Position numbers and translations under genes: made by a program. Of a stretch of 64,000 nucleotides of DNA, positions 17,553 through 43,599 are shown piece after piece; the first letter of the stretch is position 1; every line of letters begins with the position of its first letter. Under the pieces are notes generated by a model. That model did not search any database. It was given only the letters and a program-made list of their open reading frames with translations, and was not told where the DNA came from. The DNA is from the human T2T-CHM13v2.0 reference genome, Homo sapiens. The stretch is taken from the NCBI RefSeq assembly GCF_009914755.1, contig NC_060943.1; one strand, written 5' to 3'.

Positions 17553-17868
17553 CTTCTTCTTCTTCTTCTTCTTCTTCTTCTTCTTCTTCTTCTTCTTCTT
17601 CTTCTTCTTCTTCTTCTTCTTCTTCTTCTTCTTCTTCTTCTTCTTCTTCTTCTTCTTCTTCTTCTTCTTCTTCTTCTTCTTCTTCTTCTTCTTCTTCTTC
17701 TTCTCCTCCTTCTCCTCCTTCTCCTCCTTCTCCTCCTTCTCCTCCTTCTCCTCCTCTCCTCTCTCCTCCTTCTCCTTCTTCTCCTCCTCCTCCTCCTCCT
17801 CCTCCTCCTCCTCCTCCTCCTCCTCCTTCTTCTTCTTCTTCTTCTTCTTCTTCTTCTTCTTTTTTTTT
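17553..17868. repeat. Compound polypyrimidine microsatellite (TTC)50-(TCCTCCTTC)5-(TCC)n-(TTC)11-T9
   Basis: Direct reading; joins the tail of a minus-strand Alu. Confidence 0.97.
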
Positions 17869-18139
17869 CAGAGACAGGGCCCAGGCTGGAGTGGGATCAT
17901 AGCTTACTGCAGCCTCGAACTCCCAGGGTTAAGTGATCTTCCTGTCTTAGGGTTAAATGATCTTCCTGTCTTAGCCTCCCAAGTAGCTCAGACTACAGGC
18001 TCATGCCACTTTGCCTGGCTAAATTTTCTATTTTTCCTATAGATGGGTTCTTGCTGTGTTGCCCGGGGTGGTCTTGAACTTCTGGCCTCAAGCAATCAAG
18101 CAGAAAGAGTTGGAGGCCGGAGCCAGGCGCGGTGGCTCA

Positions 18140-19444
<1,305 letters not shown>

Positions 19445-19867
19445 TAGCTTAGTCCCTCTGTGTCCCTAGCGCCCAGCACAGGGTCTGGTACACAGGAGGT
19501 GCTCCGTGGACACTTGCCGAGTGAATGCGTCTTACCATGACTGGGGAAACTGAGGCACAGGGGTGCAGAGCCTGCCCTAGAGAATCCCACCTTCACTGAG
19601 GCTGAGGGAGGGGGCTGAGGGCTTCCCAAGGGCCCTGGCTCAAGCTATTGGTGTCACTGTACAGTGTGTGGGGACACTGAGGAATATGCCCCCCGATCCT
19701 GGACCAGGCCTGGACTGTCCTTGACTAACCTGGAGGAGGCAGGATGGAGGTTGGTGGTCCTGGGGCCCCTGAGCAGGTGGGGAGACTGAGGCACCCAGGT
19801 AGGGGTGGAGCAGGGCCTGGGGACTCAACTGGTGGTTCTTTGTTTAGTCGCCAGCTGGTTGTTCTTT

Positions 19868-19985
19868 GTCTCTCTTTCTCTCTCTCTCTCCCCCTTATCC
19901 TTCCTTCCTTCCCTCCCTCCCTCCTTTCTTTTCCTTCCTTCCTTCCTTCCTTCCTTCCTTCTTTCTTTCTTATTATTATTACTAT
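19868..19985. repeat. (CT)n/(TTCC)7 low-complexity Alu tail
   Basis: Direct reading. Confidence 0.85.
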
Positions 19986-20235
19986 TTTTCGAGACGGAGT
20001 CTCGCTCCATCGCCCAGGCTGGAGTGCAGTGCCGTGATCTCGGCTCACTACAACCTCCTCCTCCCAGGTTTAAGCGATTCTCCTGCCTCAGCCTTCTAAG
20101 TAGCTGGGCTGACAGGTGCCCGCCACCACGCCCAGGTAATTTTTTGTAGTTTTAGTAGAGATGAAGTTTCACCATGTTGGCCAGGCTGGTCTCAAACTCC
20201 TGACCTCAAGTGATCCACCCACTTCGGCCTCCTAA

Positions 20236-20638
<403 letters not shown>

Positions 20639-23600
20639 TGACCCTCTCGAATCTCTCGAATTTTTCTCTGCATCTCTCCCTCTCTCTCTCTCTAGTTCCC
20701 CCTCCCTCCATGCTCCTCAGTCTCTCCCCCACTCTGTGTCCCCCTCTTGCCCTCTCCGCAGCCCTCTCGCCCAGGCCGGATGGGGGTGGCAGCAGCAGGG
20801 CAGGTGCGGCCCCGGGCTCAGTGCCCGATGCTGCCGCGGCCGCCCCGGATTTGTGGCTGCGACTCCTTTATCTGTGGCTGCAGCTGCTCCTTATCTCCTG
20901 GCTTCAGGACAGGAGCCTGGGATTAGGGCAGCCCGGGCCAAGGACGCGAGATGGCAGGGCAGGCGGGTGGGCGGGAGGTGGCAGAGAGCGGGGGAGCCGG
21001 GTGCGAGCGCATGTCCCTGAGTGTGTGTGCATGTGGGAGCCAGACTGCCGTGGATGCATGACTTGGGGGAGGCCTGTGTGTGTGCCATTGTGTGTCTGCG
21101 TGATTGTGTGTCTGTCTAGTGTGTTATGAAGGTGCATGAGGGATTGTGTATATACCTTGGTGGCTGTGGCCTATGTATGACTCTGTATGTGTGTGTCTGT
21201 GTGTTTGTGTGTGGGTATGCATGAATGTTGGTGCCACTGTGAGTTCCTGAGAAGAGCCACTCAGCCACTGCTATGTCCCACACGAGACCGCACAACCCCA
21301 GCCCAGCTCCCTGCTTGCACAACCTTGCTCCTGAGACTCTATTCCCCTGCCCTGGCCTCCTTGGTGGGCCTGATGGTTTTCCCACCTTGCTGACCTAAGG
21401 CCCCCAGGGACGGGCCCCTTGACCTGCGACCTGTGGCTGTAAATGGTCCTGTGGGGACAGCTGCTGGCCCTGTTTTCACCATCCTCACCTGGAACGGGCC
21501 GGCCCCTTCCTGCCACCCACAGGCCTTGTGGGTCCCATCCCCGCCTGGCGGGCTCCTAACCCAGCTCCCGGGGACCTTGCTCCGGGCCAGCCTGACCCCC
21601 GCCCGGGAGTGTGTCTCCAGCTCTGTGTCCTCTGCCTGAGCTGAGGCCTCTGTGTGTGCTCGGCATGGGTTGGGCCTGGGGTGAGAGTGACCGTTGAATC
21701 AGTAGCCCCAAAACATCGTTTCTGGGGAGCCCTCAGCTGTCCCAGTGTCCTGGGTAAGTCCCTTTCCCTCTCCACGGGAGAATGACAGCACCCACCTCTG
21801 GTAACATATTACATGCCCAGTGCTGGGCACAGAACAAACGTGGGAGCCATTTGGCAGATGGGGAAACAGACCCCATAAGCTCAGTCACCAACACACTGGA
21901 GGCTGGGGTGGTGCCCAGTGTGCTGGGATGGCCAGTGCTCCAGCCAGGGGACACAGTGGGCATCCAGCCACCTCCACCCCCACAGGGCTGGTCCCCGGGG
22001 GTCCTGAGGTGCAGCCCAAGCCCCCAGAACCTGGCCCAACTCCTGGCGCTAAGATGGAAACTTCTCCAGCAGCCAAGTCTGAGTCTTGGCCAGCGGCCCC
22101 CGGCCTCCCAGAACCTCTGCCCTGGAGTCTCCACCCAAGAACAGATCACTCCCTTTGGGAGCAGTGGCCTCCTGGGGAGGGCAGGGGGCCAGCCTCCGGG
22201 AGGACAGGGGTGGAGCGTGGTACAGTCATCCAGCCCCACTTTGCAGCTTTTTCCTTACTTGTGACCTTAGGTTAGTGGCTTGACCTCTCTGATCCCTGAG
22301 TTTCACAACCACCACGTGGGCAGAGAGCAGGTGGAGGTGGGGTGAGTGTTGCAGGGAGTGGAGGCAGTGAACGAGCAGAACTAATTTCCAGGCAAACACC
22401 AGAAAGGGCAGGCAGGCTTTGGGATATGGTTTTCAGCCACCGCTGCACGGTTCCACCCCTGCCTCGGCCTTGACCCTGATGCCAGCAGGCTTGAATCAGT
22501 CAAAGAGGTCAGCTGCCTGGGCCAGACACGGTGGCTCATGCCTGTAATCCGAGCACTTTGGGAGGCTGAGGTGGGAGGATTGCTTCAGCCCAGGATTTGG
22601 AGACCAGCCTGGGCAACACAGCAAGACCCCATCTCTCTAAAAAATTAAGAAATTAACTGGGTGCGGTGGTGCACATCTGTAGTCCCAGCTACACGGAGGC
22701 TGAGGTAGGAGGATCGCTTCAGCCCAGGAGGTCAAGGCTGCAGTGAGCTATGATGGCGCCACTGCACGTCGGCCTGGGTGACAAAGTGAGACCCTGTATC
22801 CAGAAAGAAAGAAAGAAAACAAAAGGTCAGGTGCCTTCCTGCTCCTCTCTGAGCCTCAGTTTCCCCATATCTGTGCTCTGGGAAGACCACAGATCCTACA
22901 CACAGGCTGCACTTGAAGAAAGAGAGGCTCAGTACTTGGCGACATCCGGCCCGCCCTGCGGCAGCCCAAGTCTGGGACAAAAAAGATTTAAAAATAAAGC
23001 ATTGTAAATACCCTTGTTTCCTGCAAATAGAGCCAGCCTCTGAGTTCCCTGGCCTCCCGGGCAGCCAAGCCCAGACAGTTTCTTGGAAAGGGGTGGAATT
23101 CAGAGGGCTGTTTTTTGTTTTTTTTTTGGGGGGGGGGGATCAGGGTCTCGCTCTGTCACCCATGCTGGAGTGCAGTGGTATGATCATAGCTCACTGCAGC
23201 CTTGACCTCCTGGGTTGGGGTCCTTCTGCCCCAGCCTCCCAAATAGCTGGAAATATAGGCGTGCACCACCACGCCCAGCTAATTTGAAAAAAGTTTTATT
23301 TTGTAAAGATGGGGGTCTCCGGATGTTGCCCAGGTTGGTCTCGAACTCCTGGCCTCCATTGATCCTCCTGCCTCAGCCTCCTAAAGCCCTGGGATTTCAG
23401 GCATGAGCCACTGCACCTAGCTCACAGAGGGGTGTTAATGGAGAGTCCTGGTCCCTGGGTTCCTTTCTGGGATAGGGGGTGGAGGGATCCTGGAGGGGCC
23501 CGTGTGTCCCTGTGCACCTCAGTTCCCGGCTTTGGTGTGGGTCAGCGAGTGTGACAGGGTGTCTGTCACCGCCTGTCACAGGGGGTGAGATAGCATGTGG

Positions 23601-23896
23601 GTTGGTGACAGAGAGAGTGTGCGGGTGATTTGGGAGGGTGTCAGGATGGAAGGAACTGTGTTCCTGGTGTGACCACATGGGGCTGAGCAAGGCAGGGTCT
23701 CCGTGTCCCCCGGTGCGACGGGGTCTCCAACCACGTGTGTGGTTGTTTCAGCGTGTGTGTCCCTGAGTGGAATGGCTGTAGCTGGGCGTAGGTCCTCGCG
23801 TCCCCACCTCCTGCGCCCCGCCCCGCCCCCTACCTTGGACACGCCCCTAGCGTCTCCCCCCAATCCCAGAGGAAGAACCAACTCTTTCAAGTCGCT

Positions 23897-23910
23897 GTTG
23901 CCGGGGCAAC
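23897..23910. promoter_or_regulatory. RFX X-box palindrome
   Basis: GTTGCC-GG-GGCAAC beside GC boxes in a small CpG-rich patch. Confidence 0.6.
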
Positions 23911-24109
23911 CGTTTTACAAGCGTCCACATGGTGGGCACATGTGTGTGTGTCCTGCGCCCCATGTGTCTGCTCGGCCCCCGCCCCCATGGCCCCCAGCCG
24001 CGGCGGGGAGGGGGCACAGGCGGTGTGGGGTGAGCGGGAGGCAGTGGAGGGGCAGCTGGTGACAGCTTAATGATGGAGGGCTGGGGTGGGGGTGGGCTCC
24101 TGGCCCTGC

Positions 24110-24241
24110 TGTGTGTGTGCAGGGGTGGCTGTGCCTTCCAGACGGGGCCCGGGGTGTATGTGTGTGTCTGTGTGTGTGTGTGGGTGTGTGTGTGTGTACT
24201 AACCAGTGCCAGGCAGCGTGGGGGTGTGTAAGGATCTGCTG

Positions 24242-24276
<35 letters not shown>
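24110..24276. repeat. (TG)n microsatellites
   Basis: Several TG runs, longest at about 24246-24276. Confidence 0.85.
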
Positions 24277-24277
<1 letters not shown>

Positions 24278-24519
24278 GGGCTGAGTGAACCCCGGGTCTG
24301 TGGGCATGAGTGCATTCAGAAGGGCGTGGGGTAAGGAAGGACCCCCGCAGGAGAGTGTACGCGTGACCTTGTGAGATACTCGTGGAGGGGTTGTGTCAGC
24401 GTGTGTCTGCGTGTGAGGACCCGGGGGTGGGGCGGGGTGTGACAGTGCAGGAGTGTCTGTGCTCACTAGGGCGTCTAGGTTTGTGTGAGAAGGAAAGATA
24501 GGCCGGGCGCGGTGGCTCA

Positions 24520-24846
<327 letters not shown>

Positions 24847-26546
24847 TTAGGGTATGTGTGTCACTGGGAGTGGGTTTCTGGGAGTGAACATTTGGGAACA
24901 CTAGTAATGGCAGACATTGGGACATCACCCCCAACTTGCCAGGCTTACTCACTTACTTATTCACATTTACTCATTACTTATACAAGCTTGTTCACACTCA
25001 TTCAGTCCTTACTAGAACACAGTGAAGATCTACTAGTAATACCCTGTTACAAGTGGGGAAACTGAGGCACGGGGGGGAAGGCCCAAGGCCACACAGAACA
25101 CAGATCCCTGTTAACTTCCATCCTAGATCTGGGAACAGGCTGCCACTTCTCTGACATAGGTCCGTTCTCTCGTCCCCCCACCCACAACTCACATTCCAGC
25201 ACGCACCCCGCGCACGTGCACAGCACCGCGTGCATCAGCCCGCGTGCAGCAGGAGGCGAGGCTGCGTGAGTGTCCCCATCACCGCGCGCACTGCGCGGCC
25301 CCGCAAGTTTTACAGGCGCTTTGTGGGGACGTGCATATGTTGGGGTTAGGGATCTTCTAGGAAGGCCTAATCTGCATGCGAACCCCCAGGCTGCTGGAAT
25401 CAGAAACATGCAGGCAGCCAGGGCCGGAGTGAGGAGGAGGCCCCAAGAACCTCAGCGGCGGGAGCGAGAAACCAGAGCACGGGGGCTCCAAGAACGCAGG
25501 CGGCGCGGGGAGGAGTCTGCAGGGCGGGAGTTTTTCGGTCACCCCGCGGGGCGGGGGCGGGGCCGCAGCAGTCCCAGCCCAGCTCAGCCATCCCAGTCCC
25601 GTCCCCGAGTTAGCCCGGCGCCGCCAGGGAGCGCTGTGGGAGCGCGGAGCCGTCGGGGAGGAGCCCGGGTGGGTTTGGGCTCCCCTGCCCGTGAGCCTTG
25701 GTGCCAGGAGGGGGCGCCGGCGGGAGCTAGGAGCGAGAAATCCCCTGCAGGGCTCTGAGGCCGCACTGGGGGACTTACTGCTTGATGGGGGGCGCTGAGG
25801 ACAGCGGGTGTCGTCATCCGTCCGAGGGGAAGACTTTGCGTCTCAGTTCCCTGGAAGAGCTTTCTTGGGAGGGGGCTTCTTCAGCTTCTGGGGAAGGAGA
25901 ACCTGGGACGAGATTGGAGGGGGACACCCCAATCCTCAGTGGGGTGGGGGGAGCTGTATGCGGGGGCCACAGCTGTTGGGGTGTGGGCCATGGGTCTTAG
26001 TTCGCCAGAAGGGGTCGGGGGAGCGTCTTGGAGCTCCGGATTTAGGCAAGAGGAGCCGTCAGGGGTCCCCGGAGTGAGGATGGGAAACAGCTAGTTTGAG
26101 GGGGGCGCCGCTCTGGGGGCTTCCCTTGAGGGGCTTCTTTAGTGAAGGGACTTCTTGGCGCCTTGTTCTCTGGAAGGGGACCTGGGACAGGTTTGGGAGG
26201 TCTGGCAGAAAGGTCAGATCCTCGATAGAATGTGGGGGGCGCCAAGGGCCACAGGCACTGGCGTCGGGACAGCTGCGGCTCTTAGACACCTTCGGAGGGG
26301 GTGTCTTGGGGTCCCGGCTCTCCCGAAGGGGAGCCGTCGGAGTCCCCGGGGCCGGGGGAGAAAGCCGTCTAAAGGGGGCTCTGTGGTTGGTTCCCGCGCC
26401 TCTGCCACCTGCGCTCCTCCGGTCCCCTCCGGCGGGGGCGGGGAGGGCGGGGAGGGCCGGGGAAACCCGAGCCACCGCCCCCAGCCCCGCCCCCGGCCCC
26501 GCCCCCGGCCCCGCGCCGGCCGAGCCGTCCGCGGCGGGAGCGGCGG

Positions 26547-26931
26547 AGGCGGCGGGAGAGCGCGCCCTGAAGCCGCTCCGAGTGCCCAGGTCCCTCTCGC
26601 CGCCGCCCCGGAGCCCCGTGCTGCGCGCCGAGGCCGCCTGCGCCGTCCGTGCGCCCCCGCGCCCCGCGCCCTCTGAGCCGCCGGCCGTCCAGGGCACCCA
26701 CCCCCAGCCCCAGCCCCCGCCGGCCCGGGATGGCCGCAGCCCGCGGCTAAGCGAGCCCGGGGGGGCCCCATGGGCCGGCCCGCGCCGCACCCCGCCCGCG
26801 GCCGCCCCCTCCGGCCCGGGCCCCCCCCGGGCACCGCGGGCCCAGGCGGCCCGGATGGCGGTCGCGGCGGCTGGGGCAGGGGCTGGGGCCGGCGCGGCCG
26901 CCACTGACGGGTAGTCCGGCGCCCACAGCAG
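26547..26931 (+). other. NRTN: Probable non-coding first exon of NRTN (5' end approximate)
   Basis: Strong donor at 26932 within the CpG island, and NRTN is the next + strand gene. The start coordinate is an estimate from my recollection of the annotation, not visible in sequence. Confidence 0.65.
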
Positions 26932-27494
26932 GTAAGCAAGGGGCAGGCGGGGCAGGTGGGGGGGCAGCAGGGTACGACGGGGACGACCTGCCCCATGGAC
27001 GGGGCATGGAGGGTGCTGAGGACTCCGAGTAGACCAGGGGATTCCCTCCTGCAGCAGAACCAGCGGGTGTATGAGGGTGGGGTCAGAGGGACGACAGGTC
27101 AGCGCGTGGGGAGGGGCGGGGGCGTGAAGCCAGATCCTAAGCGGCTCTCCAAGCCCGAATCCAGCCGCGGTGTCCCTGTCCGACGGGGCGGGCGCACTCC
27201 TGTCTCCTAAAACCTCCAAGTGTGCATCTGAGGAACGCACGGTGCCCTCCCCAGAATCCCCTTAGCCTCTAGGAGGGCGAGACCCAGACAGCCCTTTAGC
27301 CATGTGGTCTCCAAGGGGCCGTTGGGGGGCTTCCGGATCCTGCAGAGCCCGGGCGGGGGGCTGCCGTCGCGGTCCAGCTGCGCACAGAAGTAAACATCTG
27401 TCAGTGGCGCGTTCCCTGCTCGCCGCCGCCGCCGCCGGGGACACGGTGTCCTCCGGTGAGGGCCGGGCCCTCTCGGCTCCTGGAGCAGCCCGTT

Positions 27495-27513
27495 CAGCCA
27501 CCAGAGGGCGTGA
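27495..27513 (+). promoter_or_regulatory. CTCF motif
   Basis: CAGCCACCAGAGGGCGTGA matches the CCASYAGRKGGCR core exactly, at the 3' edge of the CpG island. Confidence 0.6.
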
Positions 27514-29280
27514 AACCCTTTGGTGTTGGGGGTGGGGGTCCCTTAAGGGCAAAGCCTGGATGTGAAGTGGCGGGAGGCTGTGCCTGCCTTTCCTGCTTTT
27601 TATAAAAGGTGTCTCCTGCACGGGGATAGCCCCGAATTGTCCCAGGAGGTGGTTTGTGGATTAGGAGTTATTAGGCCCAAGGGGGCTGCAGACAGATTAG
27701 TGGGGAGGGGGGTGTGCTGGAGAGAGAAATGGCTCTCCCAGGGTGAATGCCACCACTGTCCCCTCCCCAGAACGCATCCGACCTGCCCACAGGCCTGTGA
27801 TTACCTGCAGGGCTCGTCATTGGTCCAGATTTGGGGAGTGGGGCCAGGGGCTTAAAGCAGGGGGGTGCAGGAGGCCGGACCCCTGACTTTCCTCCCTCTT
27901 GCCTGTCTCCCCTGCCCTTTCCCTGTTCTCTACATCCTTGTCCCTGTTCCATGGCCCTCTTTGTCTGTCTCTGAGTGCCCCGGGCTGAGGAAGCCTGGGT
28001 GGGGTGTGACCAGCCTCAGAGGATGTCAGTGAGGGGCAGGATCCCACCCACACTGCCAGCTTCTCCCACCCCCAGCTTCTTGCCTTGGGGCCCTTTGGAC
28101 ACCCCTCCCTCCTCCCTTCATCCTAAGACTCCCGAGGTTCATAGCTCCGGCACCGACTCCACCCCCAGGGAGCTACAGAAAGCTTCTTCCAGGGGTGCAG
28201 GGAAGAAAATAAAACATTCCCCTCTTCAGCTGGGTACTGCATCTGAAACTCCACCATCAGCACTGGCCCCTCGGCGTTTCAGGTCCCAGTTTTCAGGGAG
28301 CGAACAGAGGAGACAGCTTTCAAGAGCTGGGCAGAAGGGACTCAAAAAGTTTGCAGCCGGGCACAACACAATCAAAAGATTGTTTCGACAAATGTGTGTC
28401 GATGGCAACCGCGTGGTTGACTGGTGTCAGGGTTGTTGGGTGCTGTCCTTCAAGGGAGGCAGATTTAGACCCAGGGACACAGGGCTGGGGAAGCTCAGAG
28501 TGGGGATGGAGGGCTCTACCTCAGGGTAGGAATGTCAGAGAAGACTTCCTGGAGGAAGGGCCTCAGAGGTGGGGCTGTGAAGGATGAGTAGGAGTTTTCT
28601 AAGTGGGAAAGGAAAAGGCATTCCAGGTGGCTGTGCATGCAAAGATCTGGAGGCATGGAATAGTCAAGGCACCTTGGTGAGTGTGGGAGAGACTGTTCTA
28701 GAAGGTTGGCAGAGGAAGAACTGGGCTGGGGCACTCAAGGTTGCATCCCTGGAGGTAGGGGCTGAATACGCAGATCAGAGAGGTGCAAGTTGTTAATGTA
28801 TCTGGAGTCACTGGGCTGGACTATCTTTGCTGGGGGGCTGTGGGCTTCCTCCGCTGATGCATCTCCCTGGTCCTCCAAGTTGAGGCAGAGGCTCTGGGGC
28901 CTCAAGGTGGAGGTGGTGGCCGGGGGTTGGGGTCGGGAGATGGACAGGAGGCTCCCAAACCAGCCTTGCACTTGCAGGGCTGATAATGGCCTTGAAGGAA
29001 GCCTGAAGAAAGAGTGGATATGAATGGGGCATGCCTGCAGGAAGGGTGTCTCGGAGATGATGATGTTGGAATGGAGGGGTCTCCCTGTCAAATCCAAATG
29101 AAATCAGGCTTCAGGTGAGCCCTGGAAGAAATCAGACAGCAGGCCCAGCTTACAGCATGTGGCCCTCACTTCCCAAGTGGGGAAACTAAGGCCCAGAGAG
29201 AGGGCACTGTTCGTGCTTAAATAGCGCAGTGTGTCAGGAACCAAGGTACAATTTGAATTTGGGGAGATGGAAAAGATGAT

Positions 29281-35669
<6,389 letters not shown>

Positions 35670-36866
35670 TCAGCCGAAGATGTCCCTCTAGAAACTCCCA
35701 TCCAGCAAAGACAGTCATGGGCACAGACACCACGCTTACAGGGCTGGGCAAGAGGAAGGCACCCATGGCTGGGGGTGGCCAAGATGGGTAGCAGGGAAGG
35801 GTTTCTGGTGGAGGGGCTGTAGGAGCTAGGGCTTTCAGGGTAGAGTAGGAGTTTGCCAAATTAAGATAGGCCCCAATTCCAGGCCTCCCCAAGATTAGAA
35901 GAGATGCCTACATGGAGAGAGGGTCCCCCTCCCTTTCTTCATCTCTCAGGTGCTACTCTTTGAGATCGGGAGTTCTGTAGGACAGAGGCTTTTATCCCTG
36001 GGACTGGGTGTGCCCGGCAGGTGTCCCCTGGGGAGTTCGGTGGGAAGGGGAGTGGGGGTGCCAGGGCGTTGCCTGTGCATAAAGATAATGAGCAACATTT
36101 CCTGGCATCACCAAGGAAGGTGCCAGAAACACACACCCTTGCGCTGGCTGTCTGTTGCTTTGGTTGATTGGAAGGGCCTGCCTAGCTGTGTGACGTTGGG
36201 CTGCTCTTTGCCTCTCTCTGAGTCCATTTCCCTTCTTTCCCCTTCCTTCCCCAGCTGTGGGGATTGTGTGGCCTCCAGCTAAAAGTGGAGGTCTGTCCTA
36301 GGTCCTTCTTGCTGCACCTCACACTGCTACGCTCCCAGCCCCTCCAGGAAGGAAGGAGGCTTCCCTCCCTCCAGGCAATGCAGGTTCTCCAGGATTTCTA
36401 CGTTTTCTCCAGGACTGGGAAGGGATCTCTAGCCAGGCCCTGCACAGGCAATGTAGACGGCACCTGGGATCCCTGCAGGGGTGGACACGGGCAGTGGTCA
36501 GGGCGGGGCCGTTCCCTCCTGAGTCCCCCGGCCCCATCTGCTTCCCCTCCTCTCACTCTCCTCCCACCGTGTCTGTGCGCCCTGGAATCTTTGCAGCTGT
36601 GGGCGTTGGTGGCGTGTTCACCTGTGCACCCCTGTGTGTGTGTGTGGCCAGGAGGAGGGTCTTGGGGACCTTGGCCAGAGCACAAATGACAATGGATGCT
36701 CTTGTGTGTGTCTCTGTGAGACCGGATTACCACGTGTGAGTGGGGAAAACCTGTGTGTGTAAGTGGGATCATGCTTGAGTGTGAGTGTGAAAACACCCTG
36801 GTTTTTCACTGTGGGGTTGTTCAAGTGTGTGTGTGTGTGTGTGCAAACACCAGCACGTGGATATAA

Positions 36867-43090
<6,224 letters not shown>

Positions 43091-43599
43091 CTAGCTTCTT
43101 TGTGTTCATTCATTCATTCATTCATTCATTCATCATTCAGCAAATGTCTATGAGCGCCTACTCTGAGCCACTGAACCAGCTGGGCTGGCCCTGGGGGAGA
43201 ATCGACTTCCCCTGCAAATTCACTCTCATCAGATCCCCAGGCTGGTCTAGGATTTGTTTAGATGCCCTCACGTTGGGGAACTCATTCCTTACTAAGAATA
43301 ACCACCACCAATACCAAACAGTCTCAAGTACCACCAATAGTGCTGAGTTCTCAGGGTGACTACAGCATCTGCTCCCAAGCCCAGCCCAGCCCATATGGTG
43401 TGTGCTGTGTCAAAGAACCTGGGTTCAAATCCCATGTCCTTTTCTAACCCTTGGACAAGCCCCTACCCATTTTGTGCCTCGGTTTCCCTAGCTGTAAAAT
43501 GGAGATAGTAGTGCCTCTCTTGTGGGCTCAGCACCAGGCCTGTTACACAGCTGGTGCTTAATAAATGTGTCCTGTTACTTAAGGTCTGATATGTGTAGC

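Larger units (their letters stand above)
25190..27520. promoter_or_regulatory. NRTN: Large CpG island, probable distal NRTN promoter
   Basis: Very high GC/CpG with GC boxes, followed by a consensus + strand donor CAG|GTAAGC at 26931/26932. Confidence 0.8.

Noticed and set aside
19931-19958. (GGAA)7 as an EWSR1-FLI1 response element
   Set aside because: A short run in an Alu tail, below typical active lengths.
26059-27240. 393-, 272- and 260-aa ORFs in the CpG island
   Set aside because: Stop depletion in very GC-rich DNA; Ala/Gly/Pro/Arg-only composition and no recognisable domain.
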